Shown here piece after piece: positions 26,548 to 38,723 of a stretch of DNA of 41,151 bases. The stretch lies in contig CAJVPI010000224.1 of the NCBI GenBank assembly GCA_910592345.1, forward strand, positions 1 through 41,151, read 5' to 3'. Position numbers and translations under genes: made by a program. This DNA is from Paraglomus brasilianum. Taxonomy: Eukaryota. The notes below the pieces were generated by a model. The model did no database searches. It was not told the origin of the DNA and was given only the letters and a program-made list of their open reading frames with translations. Position 1 is the first letter of the stretch. Every line of letters begins with the position of its first letter.

Positions 26548-28740
26548 TTTATAACTTCACTAAACTGTCAAGATTTTTGGATTAAATGGCAATTTTGTGT
26601 CTGTCGAGATTTATGTACCTTGGGGACCTGTCTCAGTTATGGACCGAGACAACTGAGTGTGCCTGGGTTCGGAACTAAAACATGCTGTTTTTGGCGTACT
26701 TATTATAAGTTTGTTTTTTGCACGCAAGCTGAGAGATTACACAATTGAGGACTTTAGTTCATGACAAAGTAAGACTAACAAATTACAAAAGAAACAAATT
26801 AAATTATCACATAGACTTGCCCGGTATTTGGATGCTTTTCAAGTTGCCATAATCCAGTGATAATAACGTTCTATACACCAAAGGATATTGACGTTTTTAG
26901 AAAAAAAAGACCAATACTCTGACTTTTTTAAGATATAAATTTAAGATGTCTATTCCCAATTTTTCTGCGACAACTGACATAAAGCAGTTTGACACCCTCA
27001 AAGAATTAAATAATGACGAGAATTATTGCAAACTGGCAAGAGTTGGTTTCCATTTCACCACCCAACATTATGTTCTGTACAAAGTACTTGTTGAATTGTT
27101 TTTTTTTTGTAGGGTTTAAACGTAGTTAGCTTAGAGCGCGTTTCTTCTATAACAACAAATTTCATTACACAACGGCTCACCAAGGTGACCGAATATTTAC
27201 TGCCTGGATAGCCAAGAAATACAGTTAAAAAGATGGGTTTATTGGTACACCGAATCCAAAATAGAGGATACATTAATAAACAAATGTAATCGTTGCCAAG
27301 AAATATAATACTTATATATTATTCGTATTCAAAGTTTCGTAGTGGGACATCACATACCCACATATTCGTTACAATAATAAAGTTTGAACTGTCAAATGTT
27401 TATAACAAATTGATATATCATCCATCCTATGGCTACCGATACCATTGTAAACTGATACTGTATACTGGCTTGAGAAGCACTACAGCATAACATCTGCGTA
27501 CCACCGTGGAGAAGTCTTTTCATTAAAAAACTGTATTCTGAAACTTATGGCTTTATGTGATTGAACGCTAACAGCATACGCATTGACCACATCGTTCCTC
27601 AAGCAACAAAAAAAAAAAAAAACTAATTAAACATTTTATGTATTCAGTACAAAACTTGAGTATATCTTCTCTTCTTTTCTTGATGAGGAGTTTTATCGAT
27701 GATGAATGAGCTGAAATAGGAATGTTCTTGATGTTACATGTTTATAACTCGTGAGCGCTTGTTAACGAGATTTGAAAGTTGGGAAAACGAACAGTTGAAT
27801 TAAAAAAAGTAACACAACCAAACCTAATTTGAAAAGACTAGCACACCAATTTAGCAGATCGACTCGACTTTCCGCAAAAAAATAAATCTTTATCTTTATT
27901 TCACATATTCAGAATATGATCGACCAACCAGGCAGTTGCTTAGTTATCATTAGGTAAGCATTCTGACGGACAGTAATAGTAATTGATTTGTGCAATACAA
28001 GCTCGTCTTTTATCATTCACACAATATAATACCGCATAACATTATATAGGATGAAGAATAGAAAGCGTGAGTGTTTCTTTTCAATCGTAAGTGATGTTGT
28101 GGGTGTAACCTAACCTCCGCTTATTTTTAATTAACAATTACATAAACCAGAGAACTTTCGAAAGGGCCAAGTAGGTCTGTTCCAAAAGATGCAAATACAG
28201 TCTCCTCCTGTACGTAGCTTTAGCAATAGTACTCTCATTGGGCGAAGAGGATAAACATGAGCCGAAAGTTTCACCATAACTGGTCAGTGCCACATTGTTA
28301 TAGGACAAGTACGTGAGGACTTAATTAGCGGTATGACATGAACTTTATTGCGCATATAAGTTGTGACCAGCAATATAACAGCTGCATTGCATTGCAGTTT
28401 CCCTAACAGCTCTTTGAAGAGTTTCTTGCTACAAGACTTCATACGATTCATCAACTTGATGGAACTTTACCGATCAAGCCAAAGCTATCAACTTAAACGA
28501 CGTATTGTCTGCGTGCATGTGTGTCTCTTTGAATTCAACACAACATAAGAATAAGTAAGGTTCAACTCGTCTTAGAGTATTACGTAATGATTAAATACTT
28601 GACCAATAACATTAACCACAATTGTGTCACATCATGTCGTGACAATAGCACTCTCATGTAACATTACTTTTCAACTCCCTTAAAAGATCTCGCTGGTTGA
28701 AAGGGTCTGTGCACACACACATTTTTCATTATCATTCAAA

Positions 28741-30072
28741 ATGGATAGGATACGTACAAACAGACCCGCTTCCTTAAAAATGTTCGACTTTTCAGACACC
28801 GAGTCGGGCATATCATATGGGAGCACTGAAAATGAAATAGAAGTCAACACTCCAACGTATTCGGTATCATTAATGGATCCAATTGAGGCTGTTATGAAAC
28901 CAGAAAATGTGCTAGAAAAATTTGTAGAAGTCGGCGGAAGACGTTATTTGAACGACGATACACTAAAATCACTAAAATATTATCTGCCCAGCGACCAGAA
29001 AGAAGTAGAAAGGACATACGACCGACATTTCATAGACAAAACTATGTGGGGAGGTAACTACTCTGCTCCCGTTTCCGATAATCTATCATTAGGAGCAAGT
29101 GTTCTTGATATTGGGTAAATACATTATCGCGGCTGAAGTTGAAGAACAAGATATATATATATACTGTACATATACAAGTTTCAATATTCTAGACCGCCCG
29201 TATTAATGATTTCCATAATTAACCAGTTGCGGCGCAGGAGCATGGATAATGAATATGGCCTTGGATTACCCTGTTTCAATATTTGTTGGGATAGATATCG
29301 CTCCTTTATTCCCCGAAAGTCATCCAGCCAATGTGGCATTTCTTAAGTGTAACATCATGGATGGTCTACCGTTCCCAGATAACACGTTTGATTTTGTTCG
29401 ACAAGCATTTGTCATAATCTGTATCAATTGGCGATCATGGAAAGAGAAAGTGGTAAAAGAATTAATAAGAGTAACTAAGCCTGGAGGTTATATCGAAATT
29501 ATGGATATACAACGTGAAATTGTAAATCCGGGAACAATAAACGAAAAGATTAATGCTTATTGTAAGTATCTGACGAATTGTATGCGCATGCGTTTTGAGT
29601 GTGTAGCTTGCCTCGCTAAACCCGGATATCTTTTCCCCATTATTAAAATGTAGTAGAGGAACATTTTTATAAAGCCGGAATCAATCGATCGTCATGTGCG
29701 GGTGTAATAGATACATTTAATGAGTTCAAGGATAAAGTGATTGTAGCACCCATAGAAGAAAGAACATACTATTTTGGGAAGAAAGCAGGTAGAATAGGTG
29801 AAGCGGTAAGTAAACAAAGCATATAATATTTAAGGAAAAAGTGCTCATGACAGACGTTTATAATTAATTAACGCTTTGCTGTTTAGACATTGAAATGCCT
29901 CGTAGAGGCATATAAAGCAATGAAAATTATTTTTACTCATATTATGAGGATTACAGAAGAAGAGTTCGAACAGATGTTGACCGATTATGAGAAGGAATGT
30001 AATGAAGTCCCGCTCCGCAAAGAACGATACCGTGCCATTATTCAAAAGCGGTTGGATGCGTGCGGCGGTTGA
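28741..30072 (+). CDS. Class I SAM-dependent methyltransferase, LaeA-like (copy 5), 348 aa
   Basis: Exons 28741-29114, 29227-29561, 29654-29805 and 29887-30072. Motif VLDIGCGAG; in-frame 9-bp duplication at 28961-28978. Ends QKRLDACGG*. Confidence 0.92.
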
Positions 30073-30822
30073 CTTTGGTTTTTATTTACATATTTATTTT
30101 AACATGCTTGCTGAATGTTTATAGTCTTGGTTAGCTGAAAATTGTACGATAAATTTGTATTGTGTTATATATATTATTATTATTAGAAATGTTTGGGTAT
30201 ATATAATTTAAAATTTAGCCGATGGTTTATAAAAAAAGAGTATTTGCTGCATCCTTGAAAACAACTTTGGACATTCTCGCACGTACGATATAAAATTAGA
30301 TATAAATATACTGTATTTAGTTCTATTCTTGTCAATCACAGAATCAAAGCCACATAATATTATGAACTTTACTCGTTATGCTTATCTCGGATAGATAATT
30401 AATTATGAGATAAAAAAACTATTTTCAACAACATAAGTAAAATGGTAAAAACGCAAGTCTTTGATTAGCACACAAAACAGCACAATTGGACAATGATAGG
30501 CTTTCTCTGATATATAAACTTTGCATGAATATCTGTAAACGTGGCGGCGATGTATAAGAAAACGCTTCAGGTTACCTTTTTTTTATTAAGCGATATTATT
30601 TCGACTAAACCGAAGCGTAGTATTTGAAGCATTTTTGGGAGAGCCGGTAGGCTTTGTTAAAATTATATTAATATTAACTTATTAATCATCAGCTAAAAAC
30701 TGTATAAAAGAAGACGTTAAGAAAGACGACATTATTTATCGCACCCCACCAGCATGTCCTTGTTCAACTAGTTTTTTACACCATTCAACTGCTTTTTCTA
30801 ATCCAGTCCTATTATTGTAACA

Positions 30823-31005
30823 GGTTCCTCGAAAATCACTTCCGACAGTTTATTTACCCGACAATCATTTCCCGAAAAATATTTCGAAGTTATCTTTCAT
30901 AGGTAGTTGATTTAAATCTGGTGGGTGAATTTAGACGTTTTGATGAGCATTAACGATTAGTGTCGAAATAATTGGGAATAATTGTCGGGGAAATGAACGG
31001 CGACC
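30823..31005. mobile_element. Degenerate MITE with GGT...ACC ends and a probable 9-bp TSD (Mutator-like)
   Basis: Flanked by ATTGTAACA (30814-30822) and ATGGTAACA (31006-31014), an 8/9 match. Subterminal CCGACAAT-type repeats on the left are mirrored by ATTGTCGG/TGTCGAAAT on the right. Confidence 0.5.
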
Positions 31006-33105
31006 ATGGTAACAGCAAGATTAAATTGAGCCCTTGTTCTGCTGCGATTGCCCTTGTATAAATGCATGGCTACTATGTATAGTGAAAATCAGTGTTATTA
31101 AATTTTTACCCAATATAGCTATTTTTCCGCTCATATAGAGAATGTTTGAATACTCATATTATTATAACATTAGAATAATAAAGTTGCTTTAATAGGTATG
31201 TTTTCTTGCAGTAACTTTTCGTTCTTATTATTTCCGATGATAAGGTATAATCACTTGGCAACTTTATTTATCTATATTTTTGACTAAACAATTTATAGTC
31301 ACTACCCTGAATGACCTGCCCCAACGCGGTAACTATATGGGGAAACGACTGTATTGTGAAAATGCGCATTTGACGTTCTGTTGTAGAAGACGTTCCTATT
31401 TATTACAAAACAAGCGCGTACTATTGTTTTGAGCAAGATGTCTATGCTAACTAGAAAACAGGATCAATATTGTGATTTGGAGGACATCATCTGCGATTAT
31501 TGAGCAGCATGGCGCATCCGAGCGGAAGCGATACCAAGTTTGAGTAAACACCTAGATGTAGGCAACGAATTTTTATGCCGCAACCGTTACAATAAGTCGA
31601 TAAGAAGTCAGAATGTAATGCATATTCTCATCTTAAACATTTTATGTGTCAATACAATACAAAGGGAAGAACTCAAGAAGGCTCCAGAACAACTGATTAA
31701 ACTTTTATCAGAATCTAAACAAACCGAAAGTAGTTCATTCGGTGTACATTCAAAATTCAACGTTTGTGAACTTTCAACAGTTGATGGCCTGGAATACAAC
31801 ACATTTTCACATGAATAGAGACTGTGCCTTTTGGAGAAAATGCACTGATTCTTGCAAGGTATTACTGAGTGCTTTTAGAAAGTATTTTACTGCATAGCAG
31901 AATGCTGTATAATAATTCTGTTATTTATTGATTATTAATTACTTTTTATTTAGAGTAAAAGAGCAATTGACTTGGTGACTTTAAATATAAAAATTGCATG
32001 ACGGGCTGTTCATTCATTAATGGTATTAGTTCTTTTCGATCATCATTTACAAATATTATTACTTACTTTTTATCAAAAAGGAAATTATGATTTTGTCATG
32101 GCAACAAAAATGCTTGCTTACTACTTTATTTTTTACTTTTTGTCAAAAAGTAAATTATGATTTGTCATGGTTTTGTCATGGTATGAAGTATAAAATTTCA
32201 TGAAAAGGTAATAGAAGTTCAGTGCAAAATTAATCAGCAACATATCGGGTGGTGATGATTATGTGACCAACTGTATATATTGGAAAGCAAGAAATTTGTA
32301 CATACGGTCGTTCCGTAAGTGCAGCTCCTGAGAATAAAGGAGAAGATGACGGCAAAAACAAAGCGCTTTAGAAAGCATTCAAAATGCACACAGTTATTTG
32401 CTGCAAAATAACGACGTAAAAGTAAACAGTTCACTCATTTCAGAATTAAGAGATTCTTCAACACAACCGAGCATGGATATTTATTTAGTATAACAATTTT
32501 TACTGTTTAACGATTTGCCTTCTATATTTATTTTAATTATTATTTATTTATTCTCATTACAACATTATATTAAATTAATCACACGTGGCTTTCGATAACA
32601 ATAAGTCAGTCTACCATGCCCAGCCATCCGCGACCGACTTATCGAGTTTGCCTGTGTATTTAGTATATTGTTGTTATGAAAGTAGTCATGTTATTATTGG
32701 CATCCGATAAGATTATGCGTAACTGTGAGTTGATTAACTGTGTAACCAAACGGTTTGACTTCAATTGCTTGAATTCATTAATTTTAATTCTTTCCGCTTG
32801 CGTATTCAAAAAGACGCAATCTAATCTAATAGAAAACGTATAAATTTTATTCAATAAGATATAGTTATAAAACCAGACTTGCTAGGTTTCTTGTCTGGAG
32901 TCTGAGATCTGAAATTGATAATGATGTTATTTTGTTTCCCATATACAACACCATATATGTTAATTCTTCGTTCTCAGATTCCAGATACCAGGTTTTTGCC
33001 ACTTTTGTACCTGGTAACCGTATTTTTTCATTAAAAACTGTATTCTGACATATGCATTGACCACCACGTTGTTCCTCAAATAAATTTCTTCAGTATTGGG
33101 CAAAA

Positions 33106-33166
33106 AACTCTTTTTATAAGGACCACCTCGGGCAAAGCAAATTGGTCCTTATAAAGAGAGTTGACT
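33106..33166. mobile_element. Minimal fold-back remnant of the CAGTCAACTCT-TIR transposon family
   Basis: AACTCTTTTTATAAGGACCA...TGGTCCTTATAAAGAGAGTT inverted repeat. It resembles the reverse complement of 4220-4271, including GACCACCTCG, and is absent from the homologous spacer position near 23035-23080. Confidence 0.65.
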
Positions 33167-34360
33167 AAACTAAGATAAACCAATACGGAATAAACAATGA
33201 TGTAATATCTGATACAAACTTGAGCATAAGATCTTCTCTTCTTTTTTTGACGATTACCATTTTTCAAAATAATGCACCCGTGAACACTTGTTAACGATTT
33301 AGAATGTTTGACTACTTCTGAAAAAGCGTGTACAATATTTGTACAACTTTATTGCGACGAAAATGGTTCACAGCAATGATTAGAGTAACCAGATACTGCA
33401 TTGACATACCAATTTAGCAAGATCGACTTTTGCATGAAAGTGCACAACTTATCTTTATTTCACACATCTTAAAATATGATTGTCATCATACTTTTCTCTT
33501 TTATTTGGGTACACAGATAACAAAACTGGTTTATTCTCGAACTGATCAAACTCCCCCATAAAGCAATTGCTTAGTTATCATTAGGTAAGCATTTTGAGTG
33601 TGACTGCATGACATGATAGATATAGCAAGACATAACGATTCATTCGTGCAATACAAGTTTAATATCGTGCACATTCTCTTTCACATCTTTATCATTCGCA
33701 CAATATACCCGGTCTCCACACTCCATATATATCGTAAAGGATAAAGAATAGAGAGCGTAGGTGTTTTCTTTTTCTTAAGACAATCGAAAAGGGCAATAAC
33801 CGTATAAGAATGTTGTGGGTGTAGGGAATCTGTGGGTGCCTACCCCCACTTATTTTTAATTGACAATTACATAAACCGGAGAACTTTCGAAATGGCTTAC
33901 GCTAAAGTAAGTCTATTCCAAAAGATGCAAAATACAGTATTTAGCAATAGCAGAAAGGTTTCACCATAATAGTCAGTGCCACATTGTTATAGGATAAAGT
34001 ACTGGAAGACTCAATTAGCGATGACATGGACTTTATTGCGCAAATTTCGATTTTGCAGCAAATATAACAACTGTATTGCAGTTTCCCTAATAGCTCTTTG
34101 AGGTACAAAGATTTCATACGATTTGAATTTTTTATCAACTTGATGGAGACTACTACAAAATGCCACGACGTAAGTTCAACTTGTCTTAAATATTACGTAA
34201 TAATTAATCGAAGTTTGTTACACTGTTTTTTAATAATACTGCATCACATCATATTGTCACAATATAGCACTCTCATGTAACATTACTTTTCAACTCTCTT
34301 AAAAGAACTCACTTGCTGATTGAAAAGGTCTGTGCACACACATTTTCATTATCATTCAAA

Positions 34361-35674
34361 ATGGATAGGATACGTACAAACAGACCCGCTTCCTTAAAAA
34401 TGTTCGACTTTTCAGACACCGATTCAGGGATATCATATGAGAGCACTGAAGATGAAATAGAAATCAACACTCCAACGTATTCGGTATCACTAATGGATCC
34501 AATTGAGGCTGTTATGAAACCAGAAAATTTGCTAGAAAAATTTGTAGAAGTCGGCGGAAGACGTTACTTGAACGACAATACACTAAAATATTATCTGCCC
34601 AGTGACCAGAAAGAAGTAAAAAGGACATACGACCGATATTTTATAGATAAAATTATGTGGGGAGGTAACTACTCTGCTCCCGTCTCCGATAATTTATCAT
34701 TAGGAGCAAGTGTTCTTGATATTGGGTAAATACATTATCGCGGGCTGAAAACAAGATATATATACTATGCATATACAAATTTCAAATATTCTAGACCGCC
34801 CGTATTAACGATTTCTATAACTAACCAGTTGCGGCGCAGGAGCATGGATAATGAATATGGCCTTGGATTACCCTGTTTCAATATTTGTTGGAATAGATAT
34901 TGCTCCTTTATTCCCCGAAAATCATCCACCCAATGCGGCATTTCTTAAGTGTAATATCATGGATGGTCTACCGTTTCCAGATAACACGTTTGATTTTGTT
35001 CGACAAGCATTTGTCATAGTCTGTATGAATTGGCAAGCATGGAAAGAGAAAGTGGTAAAAGAATTAATAAGAGTAACTAAACCTGGAGGATATATCGAAA
35101 TTATGGAGGTATGCCGTGAAGATATAAACCCGGGAATAATATGCCAAAAGATTGACGCTTATTGTAAATATCTATAAATTCGTATGCGATGCGTTTTGAG
35201 TGTGTAGCCTGCCTTGTTAACCCGGCTACCTCTCCCACATTATTTAAATTTTAGTGTTGGAACATCTTCGTAAAGCCGGAATCAACACAGCGTCCGGTCC
35301 AGATGTAATAAAAGCATTTAACGAGTTTGAAAATGAAGTGATTGTAGCACCTATGGAAGAGAGGCCATATTATTTCGGGAAGAAAGCAGGAAGAATAGGT
35401 GAAGCGGTAAGTATACTAAACAAAGTGTATAATATTTAAGGAAAAAACATAACAGACGTTTATAATTAATTAACGTTTTGCTGTTTAGACATTGAAATGT
35501 ATTCTGGAGGCATACAAAGGAATAAAAATTATTCTTACTCATATTATGGGGATTACAGAAAAAGAGTGTGAACAGATGTTGATTGATTTTGAGAAGGAAT
35601 GCAATGAAGTCACGCTCTGCAAAACACGATACCGTGCCATCATTCAAAAGCGGTTGGATGCGTACAACGGTTGA
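34361..35674 (+). CDS. Class I SAM-dependent methyltransferase, LaeA-like (copy 6), 345 aa
   Basis: Exons 34361-34725, 34829-35163, 35255-35406 and 35489-35674. Intact frame; ends QKRLDAYNG*. Confidence 0.92.
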
Positions 35675-36974
35675 CTTTGGTTTTTATTTACGATTTATTT
35701 TAACGTGTTTGTTAAAATTTTTGGATTAGCTGAAAATTGTACGATAAATCTGTATAGTTGGAAGTGTTTGGTTATGGTATAATTTAAAATTTGCGATAGT
35801 CCCATTCCATGTTGATACTGAGTCACCAATACTATATACAGTATGTTACAAAAAAACTGTAATTTTTTTGTGCCTGGAATTAAATGTATACGTTGAAAGG
35901 CTGAAATTATTTAGAGATACGATAAAATTTGAAGAATATAAGTAGCACTAGTCAATTTGTTTTTCTGAAATACATGGCAATACTTCTGACTTGCGGTTAA
36001 AATTTATGAACATAAGTAAAAAGGTATGGGAACGTCAAACGCGAAAAATTTGGCTGAATGAAACCAATAATGGTTGAGGAGTGCGTAATTTGACTAGAAC
36101 AAACTATAATTTAATTTTTAAACTAATAAACCGAGAATGTAAAACTAAGGGAAAGCGTATTTCAAACTGACGTATTAATAATAGAATTTACATCTCTTAT
36201 TTAAACAAGCTATTACTTGTGTTATTTGTTATAGAGGTTAATAGATAACGGGTATTTTGTGATTACAATTTTTCTGTAAATACGGGCTTGAAAAATTTTG
36301 TTCCTATTGAGACAGTTTTTCTTCATCTTGCGTCCCACCTCATAGAGAAGAGTTTTTTCGTTGAAGAATTGTATTACAAAACTTGTGTAAATTATGACTT
36401 AATGTGATCGAGCGCTATACGCATTGACCACAAACAAAAGAATGACAACTGAATAAATAGTACAGTCAAGGATTTTACCAATGCAGATCTCATCTTTTAA
36501 CGTTATTACACTTTTGTTGCCGTACATACCAAACTCATGTGATCATCCGAAACCTTACCGACGTCTAACAACGCTTAATTATTGGTTACAACTAAATATT
36601 GTACTTCCTATTAATGGCTAGCGATCGTCATGAAGTATGGGCCGGTTTTTATTATTATATACTATACTATACTTTAAAATAGCTATACATCTGAAGTAAC
36701 AGATTAAAATATTTTTCCCACAGTCGATCTATTTGTCATGTTGTGGCTAACGTACTTTCAAACCTACAGATGTTTCACTAACTTTCGTTAGATTAAACCT
36801 TACGCGATGTTTAAATGCTTGAGAACTCTAACCCGTTAAACGAAACTTAATACGACGCAGCTTTTTTTTTTCTCACAATACAAATATAATTAATTTACCT
36901 CAAAAATAAAATGGCAAGATATGTTATTATCACTTAGTTGACTAATCAAAATTTAGATAGATTCAAAAACATAA

Positions 36975-37129
36975 CAGTCAACTCTGTGTATACCGGAAAT
37001 GTATATACCGGAATCTCACGGACAGATTCTTGCGCACCGTTCGTTTCATATGAAAATTCTTTGTTTATACCGGATCCGGAAGGACACAGAGAGCTATGCC
37101 AACCCGTTCGGTATAAACAGAGTTGACTG
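36975..37129. mobile_element. 155-bp Tc1/mariner-like MITE
   Basis: TIRs CAGTCAACTCTGTGTATACCG / CGGTATAAACAGAGTTGACTG (1 mismatch). TA follows the right end; the left flank reads AA. The internal sequence is similar to 3427-3602. Confidence 0.8.
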
Positions 37130-38723
37130 TACTTGATACGTAAAAGCACACATGATAAATAGAAAGTTTAACACGTAATTATAATATACTTCTTTTTTGA
37201 TCTGCTTCTTCACGTATTATTGGGATTGTTTGCCAAATGCCTAACAATGTTTCTTTAGTTAGCTTCGTTTTAATAACATCTACTACTATGTGCGATTTCA
37301 CCAAATATTTGAAAAACACGATTGTATAGAAGGAACCAACGATTTGAGTGTTTTCCAGTATTGCATCATGGCCTTCATGTTGATCCAAAGTTTAGAACGT
37401 GAAGTTACAATTCTCTTTTGTCGATTTCAGGCCTTAGTCTTTGTTCTTCGTTAGTGATTTCAATTAATCGGTAAATGGGATGTCGCTGAGTGACCAAATC
37501 GTGCAAACGTTCGTCTAGCCGCAAGCCTCAATGAAGGCCTATTAAAACGAACTCCAGTACGAAAGTTAATAATTGCTTGCAAATATAAGGAAATTTGTTC
37601 ACACTTAGCCATATCCGTTAGGCTTTTCACTACTGTGCCGGCAGACGCTTGTCGCCATCTTTTGTCACAACACGGCGCTAACTGACTATTCTTGGAAAGA
37701 GAGTCAAATATACAAGTTAGATCTTTGGCTCCAAGTTTCGAACTCATTATAATAGTCGTTGTGATATGTAACAAAGCGTAATTCTAAAACTTGAATTGAG
37801 AAGGAGAAGAAACTGCTTTTCAAAGTCGTCGTGGATTCTGAAAGTATATACTCACAAGAGTTGATTCTTATCGCAGTGTACTAGGTAAGCATCATGAGTG
37901 TGACCGGTATAGCAATTCATTTGTGCAATACAAAAAATTAATATCGTGCTATCCTCTTCCTCGTCTTTATCAACCACACCTATACATTATACATATCGCA
38001 CAGAATGAAGAATAGAGAGCGCTGTGTTTCTTTCTTCTAAGCTAACCGAATAGGGTAATAATCCGTATCAGTGGTAGTCTGTGAGTGTAACATATCACCT
38101 ACATAAACCGGAAAGGACTTACGCCAAAGTATACACTTTTTAGCGATAGTGCTATCCATTGGGTGAAGAGGAAAAATACGAGAGGTGGGTCATGCTGTAC
38201 TTTATATAATTCGTAGTGTATGTTGACGCGTTCTTCGCCTTATTACAGGACAAAATACCTGAGAACTTAATTAGCGATATTGCATGACTTTATTAAATAA
38301 TCTCAACTTAGAATTTGCATCAACTGTATAGCAGTTTTCCCAACAGCTTTTTGAAGAGTTTCTTGCTACAATGATTTAAATCAACTTGGAGGAGAGTTTA
38401 TTAGATCAAGCCAAATCATGGTTAAAAACTTAATTATAAATTTCCTCCTAGTTGGCACTATCACAAATATAATATATGATATACATGTGTGTACGGAATA
38501 GCAAGGCCAATCTACAATATTCCCTGATCGCCATATACATATACTGCAGCTACAACACAAGGAGCCAGTAAGGTGGGAGGGGGGCTAGTTCAATCTAGAA
38601 TATTATGTTATGAATACTAATATACCACAAGACGTATGTCGCATCATGTCAGCACATTACTTTTCAACTCCCTTAAAAAAAACTCGCTTGAAAAGTCCGC
38701 ACACATTTTCATTATCATTCAAA

